The translations under genes and the position numbers were made by a program. A DNA stretch of 64,000 nucleotides from Eledone cirrhosa (taxonomy: Eukaryota), in contig OZ024742.1 of the NCBI GenBank assembly GCA_964016885.1, positions 110,484,001 to 110,548,000 of the forward strand, given 5' to 3'. The first letter of the stretch is position 1. Each line of letters opens with the position of its first letter. Of the stretch, positions 39,733-53,562 are shown in pieces. Below the pieces are notes generated by a model. It had not been told where the DNA came from. It searched no databases and saw only the letters and a list, made by a program, of their open reading frames with translations.

Positions 39733-40494
39733 TGGGGTAGAAACATAATTTTGGTATGTTTATGTAAATTTTTTCTTCTAACTTTGATTTTGTACCTAAT
39801 TGTGTATGGTTGGCTATATGTCTAATCGATTTCTACGGGCTATTAGAAATACTAGGTAAATCATCTGTGGCTGTTGATCGCGGATAAAATAGGGTAGCTA
39901 TCATTTATTTATCTATTGTTTCTTCATAGGTATATTTTAAACTTATAGCCTCGTTTAATTAATTTTTTGTGTGGTTAATAATGCTGATTGGGAGAAGAAA
40001 TATTGTATATATTTTATCAAATGATTCTATGGACTTACTTTCTTATATATTGCTCTGATTGTTGATTATTTAATTAATTCGTCATTGAGCCATACCGTGA
40101 ATGGTTGCTAAAAACACACATATATATATCAATCGCTCTGCCTAGTTTATGTATATGTAAATCTATATATTATATATATATATATAGTGTTAGTAGAGAC
40201 AGTTTAATTTGTACATTTTATTACATCATTCCTTTATACGTATATATACACATACATAAACATGTTATTTACAGTTCTATAAAAACAAGTATAATTGCTT
40301 CTACTTTTGGCACAAGGCCAGCAATTATCCCAGTACATTACTGGTACTTTATTATATATAATATATATAATACGACATTCTTCTCTCTTTCTTACTCTGT
40401 GTTTTTTTAGATAGATACATAGCTATAACGTCGCGCCCTTATAATATCTGTCTGTATGTCTGCCTGCCTGTATTGACTTCGCTTCTAACCAACC

Positions 40495-40564
<70 letters not shown>

Positions 40565-40570
<6 letters not shown>

Positions 40571-40704
40571 TTGTAATATAATGAAAACGAAATTTCATTT
40601 CTCACTCTTAGTACGGCACTAGTACATCGTTCCCGTGTCAGTGTTGAACAAAAAGGTGATAAACGTCCGCTAAACTGATACGTACATATATGTATGTGTA
40701 CCTG

Positions 40705-40762
<58 letters not shown>

Positions 40763-41191
40763 TGCTACTGTACGTCTGTATACATATATGTATGTACGTA
40801 TACATACATACTTACATTTAAGTAAGTGCCGTACTAAGAGTGAGAAATGAAATTTCGTTTTCATTTTATTACAACTTATCGTTTTCGGTGCGCCTGGCCG
40901 ACTGAACTCACTCGATATGCAAATTAGGCTGCTCAGCCGTTAATTTTCATAAGGAAAGTATATACTTTCGAACGTTCAACCATCTGGCAGAAGGGTATAC
41001 GGTGCTGATGATAGCTAAGAAGCTTGAAACTAGTACATCGTTCCTGTGTCAGTGTTGAACAAAAAGGTGACGTGGTTGCCTTAACACCGTACGGCATAAA
41101 TTCAGGCTGTCAGTTTGTTTACAAACGGACAAAGCGGGCATTATAATAAACGTCCGCTAAACTGATACGTGCATATATGTATGTGTACCTG

Positions 41192-41279
<88 letters not shown>

Positions 41280-41327
41280 TGCTACTGTACGCCTGTATAC
41301 ATATATGTATGTACGTATACATACATA

Positions 41328-41330
<3 letters not shown>
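40565..41330 (+). mobile_element. Non-coding HHR element, partial tandem with 5' inversion
   Basis: 40618-40810 repeats 41029-41330 (with a deletion); 40565-40620 inverts 40825-40879; homologue at 63429-63846 (-). Confidence 0.75.
40999..41041 (+). ncRNA. Minimal canonical hammerhead
   Basis: ACGGTG-CTGATGA-tAGCT aaga AGCTt-GAA-ACTAGT-A-CATCGT. Confidence 0.85.
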
Positions 41331-41364
<34 letters not shown>

Positions 41365-41369
41365 GTGTA

Positions 41370-42050
41370 CATATTTTCAACAGTAATACTATACTATATA
41401 TTTTCAACAGTAATACTATACTATATATTTTCAACAGTGATACTGTACTCTACTATATATTTTCAACAGTAATACTGTACTATATATTTTCAACATTAAT
41501 ACTATACTATATATTTTCAACAGTGATACTGTACTGTACTATATATTTTCAACAGTAATACTGTACTATATATTTTCAACATTAATACTATACTATATAT
41601 TTTCGACTGTAATACTATACTGTATATTTTCAACAGTGATACTATACTATATATTTTCAACAGTAATACTATACTATATATTTTCGACTGTAATACTATA
41701 CTGTATATTTTCAACAGTGATACTATACTATATGTTTTCAACAGTAATACTATACTATACTATATATTATCAACAGTAATACTGTACTATATTATATATT
41801 TTCAACAGTAATACTATACTATATGTTTTCAACAATAATATTATACTATATATTTTCAACAGCAATACTATACTATACTATACATTTTCAACAGTAATAC
41901 CGTACTATATATTTTGAACAGTAATACTGTACTGTACTATATATTTTCAACAGTAATACTATGCAATATATTTTCAACAGTAATACTATACTATATGTTT
42001 TCAACAGTCATACTATACTATACTATATATTTTCAATAGTAATACTATAC
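41370..42050. repeat. Minisatellite, 25-30-bp unit TATATTTTCAACAGTAATACT(ATACT)1-2, roughly 25 copies
   Basis: Direct reading; no unique spacers. Confidence 0.95.
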
Positions 42051-42077
42051 AACACAGACGGCTTATCGTCTGTTTAT

Positions 42078-42171
42078 CCAAGCGAAGCTAGGTACGTCAG
42101 CTATATATATATATATGGATGCCGTAGAACACGCCAATGGTAGCCGGGCGCCAGCCGGACGGGTCAGCTAG
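42078..42171 (+). mobile_element. Two successive Helitron 3'-end-like signatures
   Basis: CCaAGC gaa GCTaGG..TCAGCTAT and CCGG..CCGG..TCAGCTAG|T. Confidence 0.55.
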
Positions 42172-43479
42172 TATATATATAAAGTGAGATAGATAGAGAG
42201 AGAGAAAGAGAGATAGAGTGAGGCGAACTACATGTATATGTATGTGTGTGGTAATATATTTATTAGTATGAATGTGGGTTCTGTAGTGTATAGGTAGGTA
42301 TTTTGCACTTAACTCTTGCACTTATATACAATACCTATTGTTCAGACCAATATTTTCTCGTTGTCAAGCATATTTTTGGCTATTATCAAATATAGTTAAA
42401 TTTATTATAGTGATTTCAAGATAAAGTTTTTATACTATTATTTTTTTTATAAATACTATGTAAGTTCTTTATATATTCAATCTCTAATTGTATTATTTTG
42501 AAGATCTCTTTGAGAGCAGTTGTGTCAACGCATATATTAAAGTAATGAATAGGTCTGAAAATATTGTATTTGTTTGATATTGTTGTTGATGTTTTTGTCA
42601 TAAGTTAACTTGTACAAGCAGACCTATGGTAATAGGCCTTCTTCTTTGATCGGCCTACGCACGCAGTTATTTCAAGGCACATAGGGTTATATCCTCCAAT
42701 GTATTCTTCCCATCGATAGAGTGGTATTTGCAAGAAATTTTGCTGCTATTTCTAACAGGTATTTCAACTGTAAATCAATAGCCTTTTCTCGTTGGCTGGA
42801 AATACTGGATTTAATTAATAAGCCATAATGGTTTGATTTAGATGTTGGTATTGAAAAAAAAATCAATGTAGAGCAATGAAATGTTTACAATGTTAAAAAA
42901 AGGCGAAATAGTTTTATTCAATATCTTCATATTTATATGGCCGTATAATGAACATAAAAGAAAGAATAGCAACTAAATTGTAAATGTAAACCAAACGAAA
43001 ACTGTTGTCATGCACAATAGAAGTTGTGGCTGCTTCAATAGAATGTTCCAGCTAAAGTAGCAAAATGGCTTCACCTAAAATTCAGTTGATATTTGACACT
43101 TTTCAAAGTACTTGGTCATACAGACTGTGCTTCGGGAAAGTTTGCTCGAGAAATTCGTATTCCATTTGTAATATGGTTCCACATCCTAAACGCTGCCCCA
43201 TTGTAGCTAAAGGTTAATTGTAAAGATGCATCAAGCAAATAAAATTTTATTTTGTAAACTTGGAGTAAAGGGGCAGTATGCATGGTGTTAAAAGTTGCAG
43301 TTGCAAATTGATTCTTTTCCTCAACTTCTGCACGTGCCAACGTCATTACCTTACATATTTGGAATATCCATGCTAAGAATAAAATAAAACAGATAAAGCA
43401 TTGTTGCATCTCACGTAATATGCTTATATTGTTGGCATTGTCGCCGTTGTAGTCATATATAGTTACCATTTGATTTGAG

Positions 43480-44862
43480 GCAGCCCCAGGAGAAATACCG
43501 TAAACAAAACAGAGGTCTGTTCATCTTGACCAAAGCGTTCGACACGGTGTGCACAGAAAGACTTTTGTAAATCCTGGAAAAAGCTGAGCTGCCCACGAAT
43601 GTTCCTCACCATGATCATCCAGCTCCGCGACGCACATCTCCGTCATGTCATACTTGGCAATGACGTCTCCAGCCCTTCGAAATCGCAAACGGTGTAAATA
43701 AAGGTCACGTTCTTGCCCCAACTCTGCTATCTTTATTTTTCAGTATGATGCTGAAACAAGCCACGAAAGTCCTGCAAGAGAACGAGGGGTTCTACTTCAG
43801 ATTCCGCACCGATGGAAGCCTCTTCAACCTGCGGTGGTTGCAGATACACGGAGAAAAATTGATTCGAGAGTTTCTGTTTGCTGACGGAGCCAAACTTGTG
43901 CACACTGAACGAGCCATACAGCGCCTTACTTCATGCTTTGCAAATGCTTCTGATCTCTTTGGTCTAGAAGTCAGCTTGAAGAAGACTGAAGTCCTTCACC
44001 AGTCTGCTTCCCAGGGAGTATACCATCCACCAAATATTTCAATCAAGCAAGCCAAGCTGAATGCTGTGTAACATTTCTACTATCTTGGGAGTGTCATTTC
44101 CACCGATACTAGAATCAACAGCTGGTTAACCAAAGCCAGCACTGCATTTGGGAAGTTTAACAAGTGGATGTGGACAAATAATAACTTCAAAACAAAGGTC
44201 AGCATTTACAGGGGCATATTCCTTATTACTCTCTTAGATGGCTCTGAGCCGTAGGCCTTATATTGCTATCTCACACGCCTCCTGGAGAGATTTTACCAAC
44301 GTTGTCTGCGCGCCATACTCAAATACACTTAAGTGACTATATCACCAACACTGAGGTCCTTGAGAAAGCCAAGACCAGAAGTATCGAGGCCACTTTTATG
44401 AAGACACAGCTGCACTGGGTGAGGCATGTCTCCAGAATGGCAGGCCATCACCTGCCAAAGATCGTATTCTACGGAGAATTGTTTTCCGAGTGTCGAAAGA
44501 ACGGTGTACCCAAGAAGCAGTACAAAGACATGCTAAACAAGACCCTGAAAGTATGTAACATTGACCACCTCCAGTAGACCACCCAGGTTGCCTACCGCAA
44601 TCCCTGGCACTGCACGAACCGGCAGGCTAACAGCATATTTGAGGCAAACAGATGAGTCAGCTTGGACGTGAGGAGAGCCCGGCGGAAGGGCTGTGTCTGG
44701 GCGGAGTAGAGCACAACATAGATATTTCCTTGCGGGCGCCGTGGGCGTATCTGCTGAACGCGGATCGGTCACACCAGTCGGCAGCTTGGTTGCATGCAGA
44801 GACGGCGAATAGGACCCGACCTTTAAGTATCTTCATTACGAAGTCATCGCCATCATCATCAT
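43480..44862 (+). mobile_element. RTE (BovB-like) LINE RT fragment, decayed
   Basis: LTKAFDTV, FRTDGSLFNLR, FLFAD, FGLEVSLKKTEVL, QLHWVRHVSRM..LPKIVFYGEL; (CAT)n tail. Confidence 0.9.
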
Positions 44863-46391
44863 ATAAAACCTAAACGAGCAACAAAACATCTATTGATTTA
44901 TAATATGCTGATATTGTTTTGATATCTCATCGTTTTGTTGCATTATTTCTCACATTCGTATAAACTACATATAGCTACATCAACTACAACTCCCACAATA
45001 AAAATAAACTGAAGTGAGATTCTTTCTTAAACGCTGCCTACACAGTATATCATAATTTCCTTAACAGAGACACTTATAGTATCAGAAATACGAGCCGCTG
45101 AGATTCAATTGCAAAGCTTCACAGAATACAGAATTGATCGACGATCCAGAAAGATTAGTGGATTTGTTCTGTAATAATATGTAGTTTAACGTTACAATAT
45201 CATACGCCATCATTTGCATTAAAATAACTAAAATAAATATTCTAATTCGCTCCCAAGAAAGCAACAATTATAAACTCTAATCTATTTTTGGATACATTTT
45301 TTCTAAACATATCCACAGACGAGCAACCATCCAGTACCGAGAGCTCAGTACTTAGATACTAAGACTGTGTACTATGAGAGACACGACTGTGCGTTGACTC
45401 AGAGTATATTTTGTTCTGAGTAGCTTAGACTACTTTTCACAGGTTTGCTCTTCTAGTAGTCTAGATTTTACAAAGGAAGTTGAGATTCTAAAGACGCCTT
45501 TATTAAACAGATAACTAAATTCAAAGACCTGTACTACTAGGGATGCTTTCGAACATTATGTATCTACTCTCTTAGCTGATGAACGTCTCAACGTCGTCTC
45601 TGAACCTGCAAGAAATAGCAATAATTTCTCATATAATATCCTGCCTTATTTAATGAGACGAAAAAGCATATTGTATATAAGACCGAATAGCTATGTTTAT
45701 AATCAATTTGATGTTAGATCTGCATCGTCAGTGTGTTTATCCTGGGTATTAAACCTAATATTGTTCGAAACGTAGGCATACGGGAAAGAATAAAGGAGAA
45801 ACCAACAAACCCTCCCTCAAACACTTGCATAAAAAAATTATGTAGCAACACTTTAAAGACTCACAACTATAAAATTTCCTTTCAATTTTTTATCAAATTA
45901 TTTCTTCTGTCGCATTAGAAAAATAACTAGACATTTCTTTTCTTATATGCTTAAATATATGCATGTATTGAAAAGGGGTACACGTTACGTTTCAAATTAT
46001 TCAAATCAATGTGTAGTGTATATTGAACGAATTACTCATTGCAGGCATTGCTGTGTATAAATGAATCAAGAAGTGGTATGTAAATTAGACCTAAAAGTAT
46101 AGCTGAGACCCATTTTGTATACGCTATAATAATCTGTTAGTTACTAATCCCCTGTGGACTTAATATAGATATTCCTTATTTGATGTAGGACTTGGAAGGA
46201 TAGAAACAAATCAAATAATCCTACTTTGTCTGCACATGGAGAAATAAATCCGGTGGTGTAACAAATTTGGTTACTAGACATGTAATTATATAATGTATAG
46301 CTTTAAAGGGGCATAGATTTATCTACATGGTTTGTCTATATCTTTCTATGCTTACATATTATATAATATGACTGAAACGGTAAAAAGTAAA

Positions 46392-46447
<56 letters not shown>

Positions 46448-46674
46448 GTATAGGAGATATCGTTTTCGGTTTCCCTAGTTCAGGGTTAGAGTAGCCTATA
46501 ACGAGGACTGTTTCAGCATACAATGGTGGTTGACTGAACACACACACACACACATATATTTATATGTATATATGTATATATATATATGTAAAAGGTAAAT
46601 AGAAATAACAATATAATCAGTATAGTATATGGAAGGAATATATTAGTTTAATGCTTGAAATAGCACGAAGAGGG

Positions 46675-46710
46675 TCTTAATGTTTCGGACTCTAGTCCTT
46701 CATCAGAAGA
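46675..46710 (-). ncRNA. Minimal hammerhead (family of 20810)
   Basis: Minus TCTT-CTGATGA-aGGAC taga GTCC-GAA-ACAT-T-AAGA. Confidence 0.7.
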
Positions 46711-47599
46711 AAGAATGATAAATTAGAAAGATTGAAGGGACGGGCGGAGGTGGAACTGGAAAAAATGTTTTTAGAGAAAAAGAACAGGTTCATTCATGTT
46801 GCTATCTCTTATCTATAATATATACCACACATACATATAATATATATCTGCGCGCGCGTGTGTGTATGTATGTGTGTATGTATGTGTGCGCGTCTCTCTC
46901 TCTCTCGCTGTTTGTATGTATACTTGCTTTTGCTTGTATTCATTAAAAAAAAAATGTATAAATCGATCAATAGATAAATGGATAAAACAAGAATACGTTT
47001 TCATGAAGTGCGTATTGTAAATAAGAGAATGTAGAATGTAGAACGGAGAGACCTTATGTTAATCTACTAGGAATTTCGAAAGCCATAAAACATTCGTGTT
47101 TGCAAACGTCTGCCAGTATCTTTCAGTGTTGTGTTATTGTTTAGAATGTTTTGTTTCCCTGGTGTTGTTAAATATGTGTGTGAGTGTGCGTGTTGAGGGA
47201 GAGGACAAAACAATTACAAAAGTTAACTATTTCTGGCTCTGTGGTTTCATAATGGAAACTTTACACGGATAGATGGATGCTTGATGGTTGCATACTGTAA
47301 TGTTGTCTGATTTGTCAGACGTGGCCAGTTGATGATGATGAATAAATGACTTAGTGGGTGGACGGTAGCAGCAGCAACAACAACGAAAAGACAAAATAAA
47401 GAAGAAAGATGAGTGGACGTCTACTGAGGATGAATTAAAGATTAGACACTTATCTATCCATTATTCTGAATAAGAAGATGAGATGAGATAAGAGAAGAGG
47501 GAAGAGATGTGAGGTGTGATATGAAGAGAGAAGAGGAGAGCAGACGGACAACAAGCTGATGCAGACATAAATTCACTATATGACCGCGAGGAGGAGAAA

Positions 47600-47830
47600 G
47601 ATCAGATGGAGGAACAAAGATGGTGGTGTTGAGAAAGTTGAGTGTTATCTTATTTATTTCCAGCTCTTGCATCGATATATCGTAAATAAACAAGACTGGT
47701 ATCTTTCATTGAAATGAAAGATCTTATATGATTGAAATGCTTGGGGACTATTTTTAGACAATGTATGTTGTATGTACACACAAGCAAATGCAGTAGAATA
47801 ATTCGTCATCCATTAATTATCAAAACTTGA
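47600..47830 (-). mobile_element. Heavily decayed PLE RT remnant
   Basis: TNYSTAFACVYI, YLRYID and NFLNTTIF in the order of RT motifs B', C, E. Confidence 0.45.
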
Positions 47831-48214
47831 TCGGGAGATTTCAATTCCTACTTCCTTTATATATTAGATTTGTCTCTGTTTCTATTTGATTGTGGCGACA
47901 AGCCTGGCGTTGATATATACTCGACAGACCACCATAAATAGGTTATACAGAGAAAAACCATTCCAAGACTACAATGACAAATTAGGTTTCTTCTTCTTGG
48001 GTAAATTCTCTTCCTTGCCTTTATATGGTAAATTCCTTTTCTATAGATGTCAACGTTGTGTGGATAAATATTTGAATGAAGAGAGAAACGGACAGGGAAA
48101 GTGAGGAAAAGAGAGGGAAAATGGAAGAGATATACTGAGAGAAACGTGGGAGGAAGACAGGAGGAGACATAGATGGATTATAAAGAGTGATAGCTAGAAG
48201 ACACGGGACAAGAG

Positions 48215-48260
48215 AGTGAGTGAGTGAGAGAGAGAGAGAGAAAGAGAGAGAGATTAGAAG

Positions 48261-48354
<94 letters not shown>

Positions 48355-48368
48355 GAAAGAGAGAGAGT

Positions 48369-48412
<44 letters not shown>
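48215..48412. repeat. (GA)n microsatellite
   Basis: Direct reading. Confidence 0.97.
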
Positions 48413-48414
<2 letters not shown>

Positions 48415-49788
48415 CACGTAGAGGGAGAGACACAGGGAGAGATTAGAAAGGATGATAACTAGATGAAGAGAGAAAAAGAACAAGGAAGTAGTAAGAGGGA
48501 TGGAATGACAAAGCAACAAAGAGGAAGAAGAGAATTAGTAAGCGTGATAGATTGATGAATGAAGAGAGAGAGCAACAGAGAAGGACTAAAAAGAGTGATA
48601 GATTGGCAGAACAATAGAAGGATGACAATGCCATTGTATAATCAAGCCAGAACTGCTTTCTTTCAACGGTTCAGTCTGTTTTACTGTTGCTTTATTTCGT
48701 TACACATTGTGTTTAGCTACTTGGTTAGATGAATGACTTGCAGGTCAGGTAATAATAACATGAAGATGGACTATTAATAGATCGATAGTAATCTATTATA
48801 TCGTTTATATATAGTCCATTATTTTCAGTTTACTGCTGGATATACAACAAAAATAAAACCAACGAGGGAATTTGAATTTGAACTGCTGAAGGAGATACAA
48901 TACAATGGAACAAAACCATGAGCAGGATTTGAAATCAGAACTGCAAATTAACCAGCATTTATTCCTGATCACAGACGTTTGTCTTCCACACTCTCTCTCT
49001 TTGTGCTTCCTACCGTTACTACAATAGTCTCTACTCCCCGGAGATGTCTTGTCACTGCTCCTCAGAACTGGCTGTTCTCATTCCACATCCATTTAGTTGC
49101 TCCCGACTTACTCATGTCTCCTTTTCTCATCACCTATGTTTTGTTCAGCCTTTCTAGCCCCTCACTAACGACAACACTTAGTAATTCTCGCATAAAATAT
49201 TGACTCTCTGAAACTCCTTCTCATGGATATTATCCAATATTAAGATAATTATATTGCGATGTGTGATGAAATTTCTGGCTAGATTTGCTGTTAGATGTAT
49301 GGTGAAACAAATAGTTATGTTTTTAAATACTGGAGAAATTCCGAATGTGTCTGGACATTTCGTATATTCCACAGTCATTTTAATTTTTTCTCTAATATAT
49401 ATAAAATAAATTGTGCAGATTGTGTCTTGGTTGTAGTATTACTATATTGTAGCGTCTTTTGAAAATACTTTTGCTGTTTAGGCTGGCTGCGTAGTATTTT
49501 AGGGGCAATACATCATTCTTAGCATAGCTATTATAACAGTTGTTTCAAACGTTTCACTATTAACGATGCAGTTTATTTAAATAGAGTTACACACGGACAC
49601 ACCCGACGGGGGAATCTCAAAGTGTCGTTATATCACATGCTAGAAACGGCTGTTTTATACTATTCCCGTGGTTCACGCGATTAAAAACATCTTATGTGAG
49701 TGATTAACATTTATATTTGTTTTCTCATTATTTACCTGCTTTCTTCCGTGTATTTATGTGAACAAGCACTTATATATATATATATATA

Positions 49789-50268
49789 TTTACTTGTTCC
49801 GCTCATATTTACAGTTCTGGTATCTCAAATTAGTACCATGGAACAACCCCTATTATAGACACCATATATATTTCCGTGGGTACTTAGTACCTACTGGAAT
49901 ATCTATAGCATTTATCTGAATTCTCCTTAATGTTGAGAAAAAAATGTTGTATCATGCTGCTATTTCTAATAACATGAAATATCAACTAGTCTATTATTCC
50001 CGCTCTTTCTAACGGCCCATATGTGTGGTGGTCATTTTAACGGCTTGATTCATTCACCGGGCAGAAAGCGACACATCCACATGTACGTGGATTTATATCT
50101 AGTAGGTTTGGAAAAGCTATCTGAAGAGCTATATCTTTCCATTGGAAATTCTCTGAATTTCCAATCTTTTGATTAGCGAAACCGTCGGTCAAGGTACTAG
50201 AAGAGGTAAATATTTAAATCGTATTTTAATTTATTTAAAAGATTGTTTAATTGTTTACTTGTTCCGCT
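49789..50268 (+). mobile_element. Non-coding HHR module with 15-nt terminal redundancy
   Basis: TTTACTTGTTCCGCT at 49789-49803 and 50254-50268; (TA)n on both sides. Confidence 0.65.
50116..50195 (+). ncRNA. Hammerhead, canonical core, long stem II
   Basis: CTGAAGA-GCTA..ATTGGAAATT ctctg AATTTCCAAT..TAGC-GAA-ACCGtCGGT-C; stem I has a mismatch. Confidence 0.8.
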
Positions 50269-50300
50269 GATATATATATATATATATAGGAACCAGTAAG

Positions 50301-50394
50301 ACCCCGACAGCTGAGCTCAAGCCGTTTCGACGGCTAATTCTGGACTAAATGAAAATTTATCCTGGTATTTAAATAGCCGATCTTCTCAAGGGGT
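50301..50394 (-). ncRNA. Hammerhead, U3-A8 variant, full stem III
   Basis: Minus ACCCC-TTGAGAA-GAtCGGCTA..TAGCCGTC-GAA-ACGGC ttgagctca GCTGT-C-GGGGT. Confidence 0.85.
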
Positions 50395-50842
50395 AATTCC
50401 ATATATGGTCAAAGTGATTGTAAAAAATCAGTAGTAATTCTGTGGTTGCAACTTAGTAGGGGAGATGGTGGCTAAACCTGCCAGTAGGAGAAAGAGGGAA
50501 GGGGGTGGAGTAGACCCAATCAAGCGTTGGTAGTGCCAGCTACAGCTAGGCATGAGGTCAAAGAAGATACAGGGGAGGGGGAGGGGGAGGAAGTCGGAAC
50601 GGTAGGTAGAACAATGGGGGGTAGAAATATATAGGAAAGAAAAAATACTGAGAGTGAAGAAAAGCAAATAGGTGTAAAGAAAAAAGTAAAGTAAATTAAA
50701 TTCTACGACCTAGGTCTCTAGCTATTGTTAGGCTAGAATAAATAAATAAAGAAAGAAAGAAAGAAGTCTTTCTTTATTTATTTATTCTAGCCTATTTATT
50801 CTGCGTTATGGTCCACCTGGTTCCTTACCACATTTCCTTCGT

Positions 50843-50920
<78 letters not shown>

Positions 50921-50922
<2 letters not shown>

Positions 50923-51268
50923 CAAGGTTTAGCAAATAAGAAAAAGTTTTAAAATAAATTTAAAAAATTCCCTGTACCTACCTGCTATGGTTACCTTTAC
51001 CGTACGGTTTCGAGTATCAAAAATAGAACGGGCCTCCATTGAAAAAAAAGACTCTCTGTCAGAAGGTTCTTTTCACTCGGAGAATATAAAATTCCCGAGT
51101 TCGAATTACGAACTGGCGCTATTCAAAATTGTTCCCGAGATGAGAATGAATGATGTGGAAGCAATTCTGTCCAGTGCCGTGTGCAAAGATAGACGGCAGA
51201 GGCAGAAAGGCCAATACACTACCACTAGAAATAGCAGCATCCAAAACGACCAAATGTTATCTCGACCA
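50921..51268 (-). mobile_element. Diverged copy of the 4060-4810 HHR family
   Basis: Reverse complement aligns to ~4462-4808 (e.g. GAACTCGGGAATTTTATATTCTCCGAG). Confidence 0.85.
50993..51067 (-). ncRNA. Hammerhead motif (core CTGACAGA, 1-nt insertion)
   Basis: Minus ACCTT-CTGACAGA-GAGT...ACTC-GAA-ACCGtaCGGT-A-AAGGT. Confidence 0.7.
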
Positions 51269-51386
51269 TATATATATATATATATATATATATATCATGA
51301 GAATAAGGGAACAAAGAATCAGTTAGTGTTGCATCATAACATATTTAATAAAATATTACATATCTTTCACTGGTCAATCAGCTGAC

Positions 51387-51573
<187 letters not shown>

Positions 51574-52465
51574 AAAAGATAAGGTGCTTATACGTGGTTG
51601 TTACGCTATAACTTCGTGAGGGTAAGCCGGTTCGTGCGATCCCAAAACACTTCACGTCAGTAGTTTATCTCAATTAAAACCTGAATGATCAGGAGAGATG
51701 GAGTATTCATTCATCCAATTAAGAATAATTACTTCACCATAATTGCTTTAGTGTATGATATATATTTCTGTTACGTGGTTATGGTTCCTGAATCTCTTTT
51801 CTTATTAAGTTCTAGTAGTAAATGTATCCGCCTTCAGACTGGTTGAGTTTAGAGGCTCTGGGTAAAGTTCCTCTACTTAATTGACAGATTTACTGTTACA
51901 TCTCAGCTTGGAGTCTATTATTTCGTCTCTTGCTTGTAGTCCTCAATATATCGCCTTTGCCGTTGGTTAGAGTAACATTGTGTTCATACCACCGAACACC
52001 GGCACTAGTAAAATTAGCGAAGAGGACAGATGAGCTAAGACATTGCGGGTGCTTTGATTATGGCGGGTGCATTGCTGTTATTGTCAACGACAAAAACAAT
52101 TACCATGACAACAAAAACATTAACAACAACGTCATTTACAATAATGAAGACGATGATGGTGATACTAAAAATATGAGTGACGATATTGATATTATAAACT
52201 AAACATTAGATATATATATAATATATAATATAACTACTCTTAAATTTATATGTATATATATATACATATAAATACACTCACACGAATACATATATATATA
52301 TACACTCATACGAATACATATATGTATATATGCTTATATAGATATATAAGTATATATATTTATTTTTATATATTCATTCATATATACGTATATATGTACA
52401 CATATATATATATATGTACACACATATATATATACACGCACACATTTATATATATATGTACACAC

Positions 52466-52565
<100 letters not shown>

Positions 52566-52595
52566 GATAACAAGTTATCGTTATTCATATCTACA

Positions 52596-52704
52596 TACTC
52601 TGATGTGTTGACCATAGGTGAGTAATGTATTGGAGATCGAATAACGCAACATTAAGCGATTAGCGAACTCTAGACCCACATGATCAACGAAACAATAGTC
52701 AGTA
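52596..52704 (+). ncRNA. Hammerhead motif with ~80-nt stem II domain (A9>U)
   Basis: TACT-CTGATGT-GTTGA...TCAAC-GAA-ACaataGT-C-AGTA, then AATAAA and (TA)n. Confidence 0.6.
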
Positions 52705-52913
52705 CTTTAAATAAATCCCTTATTGTACAGCCAACCATGTTAATCTTCATTCTTTAACTATATATATATATAGAGATAGATACGCACAAAGATACACACA
52801 AACATATATATGTATATATATATATAATTATACACCCTCCTCCCCATATATATATCTATATATATATATATATATATAACGGCGATGAATTAGTTTTGCG
52901 AGGTTTTTGATAT

Positions 52914-53562
52914 GAAACATAGAAATGACCCAGCAGATAGGCAAATCAGAGAGGCCAGTGAAATAGAACTTAGAAGGCCAAGGCTAAACAGAAAGAATGA
53001 ATGGAATAACAACAACACCCAAACAAACAAGACTGACCTAAGAGAAGTATAAATAAATAAAAAAAATAGATAAATAAATAAATACATACACAAGCACAAT
53101 AACAACAAACACATATAAACACACACTAGTAAAGATCGAATACATTAACCAATACACAGTCACCCAATCACGAACACATCAAACAAAACACTATACACAC
53201 ACGCAAACGCATGCGCAAAGAAGACAAAATAAAATAAACTAATAAATAAATATATAAACAGACTAAATAAAGATGGCGTAGAAAATACAATGCAACGGGA
53301 GGAAACAATAGCACCACTGACGAAGTTGCAGATGTGCAACGAAAGAACTTTGATAAACTATATATATGTGTTTGTGTCTATATTGTATCTGTATTATTTT
53401 TGACCGTTGGTCAGTCAATGGCAACATTGAGGACCGAATAAATTACATTACCGATATAAAAGACACAGAAGCGAAAAGCGAAAACCAACCAAATAGTGAG
53501 TGTTTTCTGTTATTAATTCTGGCAATATTACACAAATATGACCCACCCCAAGTATAACAATA
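52914..53562 (+). mobile_element. 5'-truncated copy of PLE3 3' end
   Basis: Inverted homologue of 54097-54763; KHRNDPADRQIREASEIE; HHR core at 53317-53351. Confidence 0.9.

Noticed and set aside
40955-40987. CAGATGG/CAGATGA..GAAA hammerhead-like motif (also 63688-63720)
   Set aside because: No stem I pairing, and it is antisense to the element's canonical HHR.
41370-42050. CRISPR-like array
   Set aside because: Units are contiguous with no unique spacers, there are no cas genes, and the context is eukaryotic.
45576-45620. CTGATGA followed by a hairpin (also CTGATGA at 60717 and 60872)
   Set aside because: No correctly placed GAAA, stem III or stem I; the latter two lie in antisense RTE coding sequence.
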